A stretch of 64,000 bases of DNA from an uncultured delta proteobacterium (GCA_963804955.1 CAWDSQ010000014.1:1-64000); one strand, 5' to 3'; shown: positions 1 through 12,647, counted from the stretch's first letter. The notes: a model not told the origin generated them from the sequence alone. Numbers and translations: made by a program.

Positions 1-40
1 CAGACGGTAGACAGTATTCCCTGGCGCGTCGAAACGAAAT

Positions 41-363
41 TTAGCGCAGGCTGGCCATCACCTGCGCCATTGCCAGCGCGGTCTGCGCGGCCTCGCGGCC
101 GCGGTTGTGCTTCGGGTCCAGGCAGCGCGCGCACGCCTGCTCCTCGTTTTCCAGCAGCAGCACTTCGTGGACGACCCGCACCTCGTGCTCCACTTGAATC
201 TCCATCAAGGACCGGCTTACGGCTTCGCCGATGTGCGCCGCATGGACCGTCTGCCCGCGCAGGATTACGCCCAGGCAAATGATGGCGGAGCGTGCGGCAT
301 GACGGGTGATACGGGATGCCAGAGCAGAGGATTCCCGGCAAGTCGCGCCGCCACGACCGGAAT
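41..363 (-). pseudogene. ribH: 3' half of 6,7-dimethyl-8-ribityllumazine synthase (5'-truncated, probably chimeric)
   Basis: Minus strand reads IPVVAARLA, then after a frameshift AIICLGVILRGQTVHAAHIGEAVS...HEVLLLENEEQA..RC...HNRGREAAQTALAMA*, matching lumazine synthase motifs. No N-terminus is present. Confidence 0.75.
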
Positions 364-1643
364 CCGTTGCCATTCGCCGCATTGCGCAGAAGCATCTCAG
401 TGAACCGATGCAGATAACCACAAAAGTGCGCACCACGACAGCCGACACAATCCGCCACCGCTACTGGATGGTCAGCGGCATCCATAAGCTCGATGCCCTG
501 ACGCGCATACTGGAGTCTGAGACCTTCGACGGCATCATTGTTTTTGTGCGGACGAAAAGCAGCACGGCAGAGCTTTCAGAAAGGCTCCAGGCCCGCGGCT
601 ATTCTGCGGCGCCGCTCTGCGGAGATATTTCCCAGAGCACGCGGGAAAAAACCATAGCGCAGCTGAAAGCGGGGAAGCTCGATATCCTGGTCGCCACCGA
701 TGTGGCGGCCCGCGGCCTCGACGTTGACCGGATCAGCCATGTTATCAATTACGATATTCCCTATGATACCGAATCCTATGTCCACCGCGTCGGGCGCACG
801 GGCCGGGCCGGGCGCACGGGCGACGCCATCCTGTTTGTAGCACCCCGCGAGCGGCATATGCTGGGAGCCATAGAGAAGGCCACACGGCAGAAGATCGACA
901 TGATGCAGCTGCCCTCGACGGAACTGATCAACAACAAGCGCATAGCCCGCTTCAAACAGCGCATTACCGATACGCTGTCAGCAAATGATCTGGGCTTTTT
1001 CTCTCAGCTTATAGCAGGCTACCGCCAGGAGCATAATGTGCCTGAGCTTGATATTGCCGCCGCCCTGGCAAAACTGCTCCAGGGAGATGAGCCTCTTTTA
1101 TTAACGGAAAGAAAAAAACAGGAGGCCCTGAGGCCTGATGACAGACCCCGGCAGACGCAGGAAGACTTCAGGCCGAGGCGCGGCGCCATGCCTGCTGACA
1201 GGCCCCGTCAGGGCCGCGACGACACCCGGGCCCGGCGTGCCATACCGCCTGACAACCCCCGGCAGGCGCACGACGCACCAAGGCCCAGGCGCACCGTCCC
1301 GGAGGCAGCCACGGAAAAAGGTATGGAGCGGTTTCGTATTGCCGTCGGCCGCATGCACGGCGTAAAGCCCGCCAATATTGTCGGCGCCATTGCCAATGAA
1401 GCAGGCCTTGAAAGCAAGCATATCGGAAGGATCGATATCTATGATGATTTCAGCACGGTTGACCTGCCTGAAGGTATGCCGCGCAACATCTTTAATTCAC
1501 TGAAAAGGGTCTGGGTTGCCGGACAGGAATTAAAAATCGCCAAGCTGAGCAGCCCCGAAAAACAGCCCTCCGCTCACAAGACACAGAAAGCAGCGCCTGC
1601 GGAGAAAAAAGACAAGAAGCCTGCACGGAAGTTTGATGATTGA
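364..1643 (+). CDS. deaD: DEAD-box RNA helicase DeaD/CsdA, 5'-truncated
   Basis: Motifs ILVATDVAARGLD and YVHRVGRTGRAG, plus a DbpA RNA-binding C-terminal domain (GVKPANIVGAIANEAG). Motifs I-III are missing upstream of ~364. Confidence 0.92.
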
Positions 1644-1789
1644 TGCTCAGCGCCTGCACGGCAGGGCATCCCGGTAGATAAAATTGATTTTGCCCTGAAA
1701 GGGCGTGAAGAGATTTCAGGAGATACCTCTGTTGCCCGCCGCACATAAAAGGGGGCTGCGCTCAGAAAAATTACAAAGGAGCCACTGGT

Positions 1790-2017
1790 ATGAATGATAA
1801 AGATTTTTCTGAAGTGCTGGCCTGCTTTAAAGAAGCCGGACAGATCAAAACCGGGAGCAAAAAGCCTGGCAGGGTTTCTAAAATCGATCCGCCCGCTGTC
1901 AAGCCGGTTCACACGAAACATTCTTGTGCGCAGGGCAATAACAAAACCATAAGCGCCAAAACCTCAAGCAAAAAATTCACGCCGCATAAAGACATTAAAA
2001 AACCCCACGGTCTTTAA
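1790..2017 (+). pseudogene. Degenerate XRE/HigA (NadS-like) antitoxin remnant
   Basis: N-terminus MNDKDFSEVLACFKEAGQIKTGSKKPGRV..DPPAVK resembles HigA2/NadS N-termini, but no HTH follows. AAGGAG RBS upstream. Confidence 0.45.
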
Positions 2018-2119
2018 AAATCGGGTTAGGTCCTCATTGACAAGTGCGCGTGCGGTTAGCAGCCTGCTGGCCCAGCATTCTCTGTGACTCGAGCGAAGCG
2101 GGCGGTGCAAAGCCTAAGC

Positions 2120-2671
2120 CTACTCCTGCAAAAGCCGCTCGACAAGCTGCACAGCGGCCTGCACGCCTGCATCATCAAGCCTGCCTGCATGGGCAAAACG
2201 CACCAGCCCTTTTTTATCAACAATGATTATATTGCTCTGGTCATCCGCCATTTTAAAATCGCGAAACATGGCGCCGTCGGAGTCGGTGTAGATGATGAGG
2301 TTTTCTTTTTTGGAAACAGCGGCAACGCGGTTTGCGCAGATGGAGCGGGCAAAGCCGAAAAAGGAAAAGCAGTTGATGACCGGAACGATGGCGGGAGAGG
2401 CGCTGTCTGACTGGCGCCAGCGCTGCAGCACGGCCTGCTTAAACGGGCGGTTCACCTCGGCAGTGCCTTTTGTTTCATAGGTGATGATGGCGACACGGCC
2501 TGCGATATCCCTGGACGAGAGAGCGCTCTTTTCAGCCTGCACGGTAAACGGCGGCATTGTGTCGCCGGGCTGCAGCGCAAAAGCTGCAGTCTGCGACAAA
2601 AAGAGAAACAGGGCCGCGGCACACACAATGCCCGGCCCTGCATGTTGATACTGTTGATGCCTGCTGTTCAT
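2120..2671 (-). CDS. Secreted thioredoxin-fold protein (YtfJ/redoxin-like)
   Basis: Signal peptide (AFA|LQPGD), then TDSDG and IIIVDKKGLVRFAHAG. Overlaps the upstream crtI-like stop (ATGA). Confidence 0.7.
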   Translation of the reverse strand: MNSRHQQYQHAGPGIVCAAALFLFLSQTAAFALQPGDTMPPFTVQAEKSALSSRDIAGRVAIITYETKGTAEVNRPFKQAVLQRWRQSDSASPAIVPVINCFSFFGFARSICANRVAAVSKKENLIIYTDSDGAMFRDFKMADDQSNIIIVDKKGLVRFAHAGRLDDAGVQAAVQLVERLLQE

Positions 2672-4196
2672 GACAGCGGTTTTTTCGACGTCAGCGTCGT
2701 GGGCGGAGCAAAGGCAATGCCGTGTTTTTTACAGAGCAGGTTGGCGGAAATCCGGGCCGATTCATATATGGTGGGCAGGCCGCTGCCGGGATGCGTGCCG
2801 CCGCCGGTGAGGAAGCAGTTGTCAAACTCCTCAAACTGGTTGCGGGGCCGGAAATAGAGCATCTGGCTCCAGTTATGCTTCAGGTTGAAAGTTGCGCCGA
2901 CGCAGACATTATAATCGTTCTCCCAGTCGGCAGGCGTAATCATCTTTTCCACCTCTATGTGCTGCCTGATATCTTTCAGCTCCGTCCTTTTCTCAATCCG
3001 GTCAAGCAGCCTGTTTCTGAAACCGGCCTTTTCAGCCTCCCAGTTGATGCCGCCACGGTTGTTGGGAGCGGGCACAAGGACGTACAGGGCCGATTTGCCC
3101 TCCGGGGCAAGGGTCGGGTCGGTGATTGAAGCGTTCTGGATATAGAAGGAAAAATCCTTTGAAAGCACGCGGCGCACGAAAATATCGTCGACATTGGTCT
3201 TGTAGTCATCGGCGAAAAAAACATTGTGATGCGGAATATCATACACCTTGTCAAGGCCAAGGTAGAGCATGAACGTGGAGCAGGAAAACTCCATGCTGTC
3301 GATACGCTGGCGCGAGTACTTGCGCAGGTCCGCGGGGTCAAAAAGCTCCTTCATGGCATAGCCGAAATCGGCATTGATGATAAACTCGTCTGCCGTGTGG
3401 GTCTCGCCGTTTTCAAGCTCAATGCCCGTGATGGTGCGGTCTTTCACAATGAAGCGCTTGACCGGCGCATTCTTCACCACCCTGCCGCCTTCCTCTTCAA
3501 TGATTTTTTCCATGGCACAGGGATATTGCGTTTAAGCCCCCCTGAACATGATAAATGCCGTAGGCATGCTCAATCAGCGGAATAATGGTAAAAAAGGCCG
3601 GGCACTCCCAGGCCGACATGCCGAGATATTTCGCCTGAAACGTGAAGGCAAGGCGCAGGCTGTCGTGGACAAAATAATCGCCGAGCTTGTCAAACATGGT
3701 GCTGCCCACAGCCAGGTAGGGAACGGCGCGCAGGAGCTTCAGATCGAGAAAGTCGGAAAGTTGCGAATAGGGTTTCTGTATGCAGGGGAAGAGCTTTTCA
3801 AAGCGCAGCAGCTCTTCCTGCATGAAAATATCATAGCCGTCCGAGCTGCCGGGAAACACCGAGGCCAGCTCTTCCTTCATCTGCTGCCGGTCGCCCGTCA
3901 TCTTCAGCTCGAAGTCGCTGAACTTGAGCCGGTACATGGGGTCGAGCCTGGTCACCTTCATATAGTCTTCAGGCTTTCTGCCCGTTTCTTCAAACATCTC
4001 CCGCAGGATGAAGTTCATCATGAGAAATGTGGGGCCCGTATCGAAGGTGAAGCCGTCGAGCCTGATCGGAGCATTCCTGCCGCCCACCTCGGCTGCCTTT
4101 TCAAACACGGTGACCTTGAAGCCCCGGTGCGCCAGAAGCATGGCACTGGTGAGCCCGCCGGGACCTGCCCCAACGATAATGACCTCTTTTTTTCAT
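2668..4196 (-). CDS. crtI: Phytoene desaturase family (CrtI/CrtN-like) FAD oxidoreductase; frameshifts near 4190 and 3510
   Basis: IIVGAGPGGL FAD motif, FDTGPTFLMM, and C-terminal GGGTHPGSGLPTIYESARISA. Split across ORFs 3497-4141 and 2668-3513. Start ATG is displaced by an extra A in an A7 run. Confidence 0.85.
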
Positions 4197-4289
4197 GGAT
4201 GGGCTCCTGCTTGTTTTATTTGTTTTAATATTATAGTATTGAATAAAAAAAACAACCTTACTTTTCGAATATGCCTTTAATAGGCTCTG

Positions 4290-5236
4290 TTGAACAATGC
4301 CTGGCTACATGCTACAAAAAGACATGACTCTCACCATCTGCGCTTCGGGCTGTGCTGCCTGTTTAAAAATGAGCCGATCACGTTCAGACGAACAACGGCA
4401 GGATTCCTGCTGAAAAAGCAGCCCGACGAGCAGAAAAGCCTTCTTGCCGCACTCTGCCTGCACAATGCCCGGTCGCTTCTGGCAGCGCTCTCCTATTGCC
4501 GCGATCACGGCATCGGCTGCTTCCGCATCAACAGCCAGATTCTGCCGCTCAAGACGCATCCCGAAGCTAGGCTATGCAGTCAGCGACCTGCCGGGCGGCA
4601 GCGATATAATCGACAGTCTTCAAGGCATGCGGCGCATTCTGCCGGCGCCATGATCTGCGCACCACCTTTCACCCCGATCAGTTTATTGTGCTCTCATCTC
4701 CTGATCCGGGCATTGTGCAGCGCTCGGTTGCCGAGCTTGTGTATCAGGCAGAAGTTGCAGGCTGGGTGCATGCCGATGTCATCAACCTGCATGGCGGCGG
4801 GGCCTATGGCGATAAAAAAACAGCCCTGCACCGCCTGGTGCGCGTCATCCGCAGTCTTCCGCAAAAAGTCCGGTCCCGGCTCACGCTTGAAAATGACGAC
4901 CGCGTCTACACGCCCGCCGACCTGCTGCCGGTCTGCCATGCGACGGGCGTGCCCCTTGTCTACGATGTGCATCACCACCGCTGCCTGCCCGACGGCCTGA
5001 GCGTGGAGGATGCCACGCAGCAGGCCCTTGCCACCTGGAACCGCGAGCCGCTGTTTCACCTCTCAAGCCCGCTTGGCGGCTGGCATTCCGGCACACCGCG
5101 CAGCCATGACGATTATATCGACCCTGCCGATATGCCTGCATGCTGGCGTGATCTGCAGATAACGGTCGAGGTGGAGGCAAAAGCAAAAGAGCTGGCAGTA
5201 AAAAAACTCATGCAGCATATGACTCAACAGCCATAA
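4290..5236 (+). CDS. uvsE: UV DNA damage endonuclease (UvsE/UVDE); frameshifts near 4570 and 4620
   Basis: RFGLCC, FRINSQILP, FHPDQF, HGGGAYGDK, RLTLENDD, YDVHHH and VEVEAKAKELA are spread over three frames. Start codon uncertain. Confidence 0.88.
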
Positions 5237-5366
5237 TGCAGCCGGTGGCAGAGGACCAAATAAACATTTCTTTCACGCTCATGTCATGCTAGCATTGACA
5301 GAAAACTACGAGGCGGCACAGCCCCTGCATAACCGGCAGGCAGCAAAACACCTTTCATAATCCGCG

Positions 5367-8300
5367 ATGCAGTACGAAGCCACGCAAGAAAACCCTGGAT
5401 ATTTCAAGGCACAACGATACATGCTCCATCATCACGGCAGAATACTTTTTTTCATCTCCCGGCTATGCATGCTCCTGCTGGCTCTAGCCCTGCCGGCAGC
5501 GGCCCGGGGAGCCGGCATATCCATCACGAGCATTGAGCAGCTGCAGAAAATAGGCCGTGATCCTGCCTATCCTCTTTCGGGGTCCTATGAGCTGGCAGGC
5601 GATATCGATGCAGCAGGCACAAAAACCTGGAACAATGGCGCAGGGTTTTCCCCCATCGGCACTGCCACTGCCGGTTTCACCGGCAAACTGAATGGCAGGG
5701 GCCATACGGTGCGGGGATTGCACATCAACCGGCCCGCAACCAGCCATATCGGATTATTCGCCTCAATTGGCCCCGGCGCAGCCATCAGCAATACCGGCAT
5801 TGCAGATGTTTCAATAACGGGCGGCTCTTTTGCCGGCAGCCTTGCGGGTTCAAATATGCGGGGCGCCATCACAAACTGTTTCAGCTCGGGCACAGTACAG
5901 GGCATGTCGCGTGTCGGCGGACTTGTGGGCACTACTGCCGGCGCCATAACCAACTGCTTCAGCACGGCGCAGGTAAAAGCAGCGGGTACTGATGCCGGAG
6001 GCCTTGTCGGATATAATGCGGGCGGGACAATCACCAATTGCTTCAGTACGGGCGCCGTCAGCGGCAAAGGCGCCTCTGTGGGCGGCCTGGTAGGCGCAAA
6101 AACCAAAGGCGCCGCAATCAACTGTTTCTGGGACACGCAGACATCAAAGCGCACAACCTCAGCCGGCGGCACGGGCAGAACAACCGCAGACATGATGTCC
6201 CGCCAGACTTTCAGCAAAGCCGGATGGGATTTTATTCATGTTTGGAAAATGTTGCATGGCCGGACCTATCCATCGTTCCGGAGTGCAAACGATGTGCCCG
6301 CAGCAACAGCAGACCTGTACAGCGCAGACATGCACACGCCGCTTGTGATTGCAGCCCCCGGCGTGCTTGCCAATGACACTAACCCGGGCGGCGACAATCT
6401 GACGGCAGCCATGGTACGGGCCCCGTCGCACGGGACCCTGAGCCTGCAAGCCGACGGTTCATTCGCCTATACCGCCGATGGCGCATTTACCGGCACTGAC
6501 AATTTCACCTATTCGGCGCATGCTATCTCGTCAAAAAGCGCGCCTGCATCAGTCACCATACACGTAGAAAACAAAGGGCCATCGGCTGCTCCGGACAGCT
6601 ACCGGGCCCGCAAAAACAACCCGCTTTCGATTGCCGCGCCCGGCGTACTCGGCAATGATACAGATCCGGGCGGCGACAATCTGACGGCAGGCCTTAAAGC
6701 CGCCCCGGTGCACGGAACTCTTGATTTACATGCAGACGGCTCGTTTATCTATACCCCTGCTGCAATCGGCTTTACCGGCGCCGACAGCTTTACCTACACG
6801 GCAAGAAACAGGCTGTATGCGAGCAATACGGCAACCGTCACCGTGGTATTGGAAAACCAGGCGCCCCTGGCTCATGCCGACAGCGTATGCACGGAAAAAA
6901 ACGTCTTTTTGATGATGCCCGCGCCCGGCGTGCTCGGCAATGACACGGATGCAAACTGGGATAATCTGACGGCAATCATAACAGGCAACCCGTCGCATGG
7001 AACACTTGTCTTGAGTGCGGACGGATCATGTATCTATACCCCGGCTGCCGGCTTTACCGGCACCGACAGCTTTACCTATATGGCAAACGACGGCACGCTC
7101 AACAGCGCCCCTGCACAGGTCACGGTAGCCGTCACCAGCCACAGAATTTCTGCTGCTGCGGATGGCTACAGCACGGTACAGAACAAACCGCTTTTTGTAA
7201 TTTCGCCCGGCGTGTCTTATAAATGACGCCGATGCGCAGGGCCATACCCTGACCGCACTGCTCACAAGCCCGCCGTCGCATGGAACGCTTGCTTTGAATG
7301 CGGACGGGTCATTTCTCTACACCCCTGCCGCCGGTTTTACCGGCGCTGACAGCTTTACCTATACGGCAGGCGACGGCGCGGAATACAGCGCCGCTGCAAA
7401 GGTAACGGTAACCGTCACCAGCCACGAGCTTTCGGCAGGCGCAGACAGCTACAGCACAGAAAAAAACATTCTCATTTCGGTCGATCCGCCCGGCGTGCTT
7501 GACAATGACTCCGATTCCGAGGGACACAGGCTGCAGGCAAACCTGGAAGTCGCACCCGAGCACGGCATTTTGTCGCTGAATACCGACGGTTCATTCATCT
7601 ATATTCCAACGACCGGTTTTGCCGGCATCGACAGGTTCACCTATACTGCAAGCGACGGAGCGGATCACACAGCCCCTGCAGCAGTCACGATAACCGTGAG
7701 CACTCCTGCGCTTGTGGCGGCAGAAGACACCTACTGGACGGAAAAAAACTCCCGGCTTTCAGTGCCCGCTCCGGGCGTGCTTGATAATGACAGCGACCCG
7801 AACGGCACTGGCCTGACCGCAATCCTGGTACGGGCACCGGCACGGGGGATCCTTGCCTTGCAGGCAGACGGCTCGTTTACCTATACCCCTGCCGCTGATT
7901 TTACCGGCATTGACAATTTCACCTACAGGGCGCACGATAGCGCTGACAACAGCACAGCAGCGACAGTCGTGATAGCTGTCTCGAGCAGTCAGCTTACTGC
8001 TGCTGGAGACAGCTACGGCACGCAAAAAAACACGGCACTGTCGGTCGCTTCGCCCGGCATACTTGCAAATGACGCTGCCCCAAAAGGCGGCAGCCTCTCA
8101 GCGCTTCTCATAAGCAGCCCTTCGCAGGGAAAACTCTCCTTAAAAGCGGACGGAGCATTTATCTATACCCCTGCTGCCGGCTTTACCGGCCCCGACAGCT
8201 TTATCTATCAGACAAGCGACGGCATGCACAGCAGCCCCCCGGCCGCGGTTACGATAGCCGTAAACAGCCACAGGCTGTCGGTTGAAACAGACAGTTACAC

Positions 8301-10515
8301 CGTTGAAAAGAACACCCCTTTTCAGATTCCCGCCCCCGGCTTACTGATCAATGATACTGATGCGCTGGGCCATACTCTGACGGCGCTTCCGGTAGCAGAT
8401 CCCTCGCACGGAACCCTTACCCTGAGCGCCGACGGCGCATGTATCTATATACCGGACACCAATTTTACCGGCACCGACAGCTTCACCTATAAGGTAAGCG
8501 ACGGCGAGGAAGACAGCTCTACCGCAACGGTCGAAATAACAGTTGCAAACAGCGCGCCGGAGGCATATGAAGACCGCTACAGCACAGAAAAAAACACCCT
8601 GCTTGCGGTTGCAGCTCCCGGCGTGCTTGACAATGACAGTGATCCAAATGGCGATACCCTGAAAGCAATCCTGGTAGCTGGTCCGGCCTCTGGAACACTT
8701 ACCATGCAGGCAAACGGCTCATTCACCTATATCCCCTCTGCCGATTTCAGCGGAACAGACAGTTTTACCTACACGGCAGCCGACGGCGCCGATACCAGCA
8801 CGGCTGCGACAGTGACGCTCACAATCAACAACTACAGGTTTGCTGCTGCCGAAGACAGCTATCGCGGCGAGAAAAACACCCCTCTTTCTGTTGAACCTCC
8901 CGGTGTGCTTGCCAATGACAGCGCTGCTGAAGGGAGCATGCTGAGAGCAAACCTCGTCAGCAGCCCTTCGCTTGGCTCCCTTGTTTTGAATGCTGACGGC
9001 TCATTCACCTATACCCCTGATGCGGATTTCAGCGGAACAGACAGTTTCACCTACACGGCAACCGACGGCTTCGAAGACAGCCCCCCTGCAACGGTCACGT
9101 TAACCGTCAACAGCCACAGGATTTCGGCTGGCGCAAACAGCTACAGAACAGAAAAAAACAAGCCGCTTTCAGTTGCTGCGCCCGGCGTGCTGGGCAATGA
9201 CAGCGACGCACAGGACCATCCCCTGACAGCGCTTCTTGTACAAGCCCCGTCGCACGGAACCCTTGCCCTGGGCGCAAATGGTTCTTTTATCTATACCCCC
9301 GATAAAGGCTTCTCGGGCACCGACAGTTTTATCTACAAGGCAGGCGATGGCATGGAAGACAGCTCCCCTGCAGCGGTCACCATAACCGCAGCAAACAGGG
9401 GCCCTGCGGCTGCCGCAGACAGCTGCACCGCCGACAAAAACGGCTTGCTTTCGGTGGCAGCCCCCGGCGTGCTGGGCAATGATACCGATCTGGACGGCGA
9501 TCCTCTGACAGCAATCCTGGCTGCCGCCCCGTCGCACGGGGACCTTACGTTTAATACGGACGGCTCATTCACCTATATACCTGGCCGTGATTTCAAAGGG
9601 ACAGACACCTTTACCTACAAGGCGGCCGATGGCGCTGACAACAGCACTGCAGCCCAGGTTACGATAGCCGTCAAAGCACAGCCTGCGGCTGCAGCCGACA
9701 GCTACAGCACGCAAACAAACACCCCGTTTCTGGTCGCATCCCCGGGCGTGCTTGAAAATGACGGCGCTGCAAGCAACGGGGAGTTGACGGCAATGCCCCT
9801 GCGCATGCCGGCACATGGCTCCCTGGCTTTAAATTCTGACGGCTCATTTCTCTATATCCCTGATGCCGGTTTTACCGGCACCGACAGCTTTACCTATACG
9901 GCAAAAGAAGAAGCGGCAGAGGCGCCCCCGGCCGCGGTTACGATAGCCGTCAACAGCCATGTGCTTTCGGCTCGCGCAGACAGCTACAGCACAGAAAAAA
10001 ACAACATCCTTTCGGTTGCAGCTCCTGGCGTGCTTGACAACGATACCGATGCAAACAGCCATAGCCTCACGGCACGTACCGACAACGCCCCGTCGCATGG
10101 CACCCTGGCACTGAACACCGACGGCTCGTTCATCTATACCCCCGACAAAGACTATAGCGGCACGGACAGCTTCACCTACAAGGCTCATGACGGAGCTGAA
10201 GACAGCGCCCCGGCAACCGTCGAACTCCAGGTCACCGCATATGCCGGTCCTCCGGAAACAATCTACGGTGAGAGCTTCGCCGGCCCTGAAACGATTCGCA
10301 TATACCGCGACAGGACGCTTGCGCACACACCGCCAGGCAGGGCCGCGCTGAAGCTGTATGACCGTATGGCTCCTGCGATTGATACACTACTGGGACAAAG
10401 TGATTTGCTCCGGCGGGAGGCTGGAAGGATGATCGAAAAACTGCTGCCGGCGCTGCAAAAAAAAACTGAAGGCTCACACAGCACGCAGGATAATGACACC
10501 GGGGCGAAACGGTGA
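5367..10515 (+). CDS. Large surface protein/adhesin: GLUG/M26-like N-terminal domain, 14 Ig/cadherin-like (tandem-95) repeats, C-terminal CFI-box-CTERM-like domain; frameshift ~7215
   Basis: Signal peptide, GGLVG repeats, and ~94-aa repeats (PGVLxND...HGTLxLxADGSFxYTP...FTGTDSFTY). One extra base at GGCGTGTCTT splits it into ORFs 5367-7226 and 7294-10515. Confidence 0.88.
6290..10240 (+). repeat. 14 intragenic tandem ~280-bp Ig-like domain repeats
   Basis: Recurring gacagctttacctat and cccggcgtgcttg motifs at ~280 bp spacing. Confidence 0.9.
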
Positions 10516-10537
10516 TGTGCGTGCCGGCACTGAAGCA

Positions 10538-11458
10538 TCAAAATGAAATGGTTTGATCCTCGGGGATATAGACCACTTCCCTTTCAAGCATGACACCGAA
10601 CTGCTCACATACGCGCCTCCGCCCGGTCTCGATAAGCTCTTTCACGTCACCGCTCCCGGCCCCGCCCGTATTGATGATCCAGTTTGCATGCTCATGGGAC
10701 ACCATGGCCCCCCCGCAGCGCAGGCCCTTCATGCCTGCCTGCTCAAGGTACCAGCCTGCTGAATGTTCTGCACCGGCTGGATTTTTAAATGTCGATCCGA
10801 ATGTATGGCGGCTGTGGGGATGGGCGGCGCTGCGCCGGGCAAAAAGCGCCTTTATATCTCCCAATGCCTGGCCGGGCACGGTATCCCGCTGCTCCGGCAG
10901 CCTGAATACGGCTTCAAGAATAATATGCTGTGTCCGGCAGACTATACTCGTCCGGTACGAAAACTGTAAGTCCCCATGCTCCAGCCAGTGCTCTTCGAAG
11001 CTGACGGGATCAAACACACGGGCCCGCAGAAGATGGCATGCAATCTCCTGCCCCTTACCAGTGCCTGCATTCATACGAACGGCGCCGCCAATGCTCCCGG
11101 GAATAACACCCATATACGCGCACCCCGCATATCCCTGCCGCGCCAGCTCCGCCCCCAGTTTTATGAGCGGCGCACCCGCACCGGCAGAAACCGTTCCGGC
11201 GCTTTTTTGAAACAGCACCTCCCTGAATGCGCCGGAGAGAACCGCCACAACGCCCTGAATACCATCATCGCGTATGAGCACATTTGAGCCATGGCCCAGC
11301 ACATACAGCGGCAGCCTCCTTTCACGGGCAAAGGATGCAACCTGCCGCAAGTGGGGCATTGACGCAGGAGCAGAAAAATAACGGGCCTGCCCGCCGATGC
11401 CAATAGTGGCATATGCGCTCAGGGGATGATGTTCAGCTATGCAGCCGGGAACCGTCAT
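10538..11458 (-). CDS. murB: UDP-N-acetylmuramate dehydrogenase
   Basis: IGGQA, LGHGSNVL, GVIPGSIGGAVRMNAG, GSTFKNP, HANWIIN, LEREV. Confidence 0.95.
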   Translation of the reverse strand: MTVPGCIAEHHPLSAYATIGIGGQARYFSAPASMPHLRQVASFARERRLPLYVLGHGSNVLIRDDGIQGVVAVLSGAFREVLFQKSAGTVSAGAGAPLIKLGAELARQGYAGCAYMGVIPGSIGGAVRMNAGTGKGQEIACHLLRARVFDPVSFEEHWLEHGDLQFSYRTSIVCRTQHIILEAVFRLPEQRDTVPGQALGDIKALFARRSAAHPHSRHTFGSTFKNPAGAEHSAGWYLEQAGMKGLRCGGAMVSHEHANWIINTGGAGSGDVKELIETGRRRVCEQFGVMLEREVVYIPEDQTISF

Positions 11459-11530
11459 TATGCACGCACCAAAAATTAAAAATATTTATTATTATCCCCT
11501 GTAGTTTTCAAAGAGTCAATCCGTTTGCGC

Positions 11531-11560
11531 TTGACACTGTCACGACTCATGGCCTAAACT
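11531..11560 (+). promoter_or_regulatory. Candidate sigma70 promoter
   Basis: TTGACA-N18-TAAACT, 35 bp upstream of the epimerase start. Confidence 0.45.
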
Positions 11561-11594
11561 CTGCCTGTAAGATCAATCTTAGGGACTGCATTCC

Positions 11595-12647
11595 ATGAAA
11601 ATTCTGGTCACCGGCACCGCTGGATTCATTGGATTTCATCTGGCAAAAAGGCTGCTTGAGCGCGGCGATGAAGTCATCGGTATCGACAGCATCAACGACT
11701 ACTATGACATCAATCTTAAATACGGCCGCCTGGCAGAAACAGGCATACAGCGAGAACAGCTGCGCTACGGCAGGCCTGTTCAAAGCTCCGCATACGGGCA
11801 GCATGCTTTCATCCAGCTCAAACTGGAAGACCGCGAAGCACTGCTCTCTATTTTCAGGGAGCACCGGTTCGACTGCGTCTGCCATCTTGCCGCGCAGGCG
11901 GGAGTGCGCTACTCACTCACCAACCCCGGTGCCTACATCGACAGCAATATCACCGGCTTTATAAATATTCTTGAGGCCTGCCGGAACAATCCCGTGAGGC
12001 ATCTCTCCTATGCCAGCAGTTCAAGCGTCTACGGTCTCAACCAAAACATGCCTTTTTCGACCCATCATAATGTCGATCATCCCGTCAGCCTGTATGCCGC
12101 AAGCAAAAAGGCAAATGAGCTCATGGCCCATTCTTACAGCCACCTCTACGGCATCCCGACCACGGGGCTTCGGTTCTTCACCGTCTACGGGCCCTGGGGC
12201 AGGCCGGACATGGCGCTGTTTCTCTTCACCAAAGCCATTCTTGAAGAAAAGCCCATAGATGTCTTCAACAACGGCCGGATGCGGCGCGACTTTACCTATA
12301 TCGATGATATTATCGAAGGCGTTATTCGCATCATCGACCAACCGCCTCAGGGCAACCCGTCCTGGGACAGCCAGAACCCCGACCCCGCATCAAGCAGCGC
12401 TCCGTATAAAATCTACAATATCGGCAACAGCTCTCCCGTTCGCCTGCTTGACTTTATTGAAGCACTTGAAGTCGAGCTTGGCAAAAAAGCTAAAAAAACC
12501 ATGCTGCCGCTGCAGCCCGGGGATGTGGAGGCCACCTGGGCCGATGTTGAGGACCTTATGGCCGCTACCGGCTACCAGCCTTCAACGCAGGTACAGGAAG
12601 GCATCAGGCGGTTTGTGGCATGGTATAGAGAGTATTACCGGGTTTAA
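11595..12647 (+). CDS. NAD-dependent epimerase (UDP-glucuronate 4-epimerase family)
   Basis: [38 protein letters not shown]. Confidence 0.95.
   Translation: MKILVTGTAGFIGFHLAKRLLERGDEVIGIDSINDYYDINLKYGRLAETGIQREQLRYGRPVQSSAYGQHAFIQLKLEDREALLSIFREHRFDCVCHLAAQAGVRYSLTNPGAYIDSNITGFINILEACRNNPVRHLSYASSSSVYGLNQNMPFSTHHNVDHPVSLYAASKKANELMAHSYSHLYGIPTTGLRFFTVYGPWGRPDMALFLFTKAILEEKPIDVFNNGRMRRDFTYIDDIIEGVIRIIDQPPQGNPSWDSQNPDPASSSAPYKIYNIGNSSPVRLLDFIEALEVELGKKAKKTMLPLQPGDVEATWADVEDLMAATGYQPSTQVQEGIRRFVAWYREYYRV

Noticed and set aside
6290..10240. Regularly spaced repeats as a CRISPR array or diversity-generating cassette
   Set aside because: These are ~280-bp degenerate protein-coding domain repeats; no cas or reverse transcriptase gene is present.
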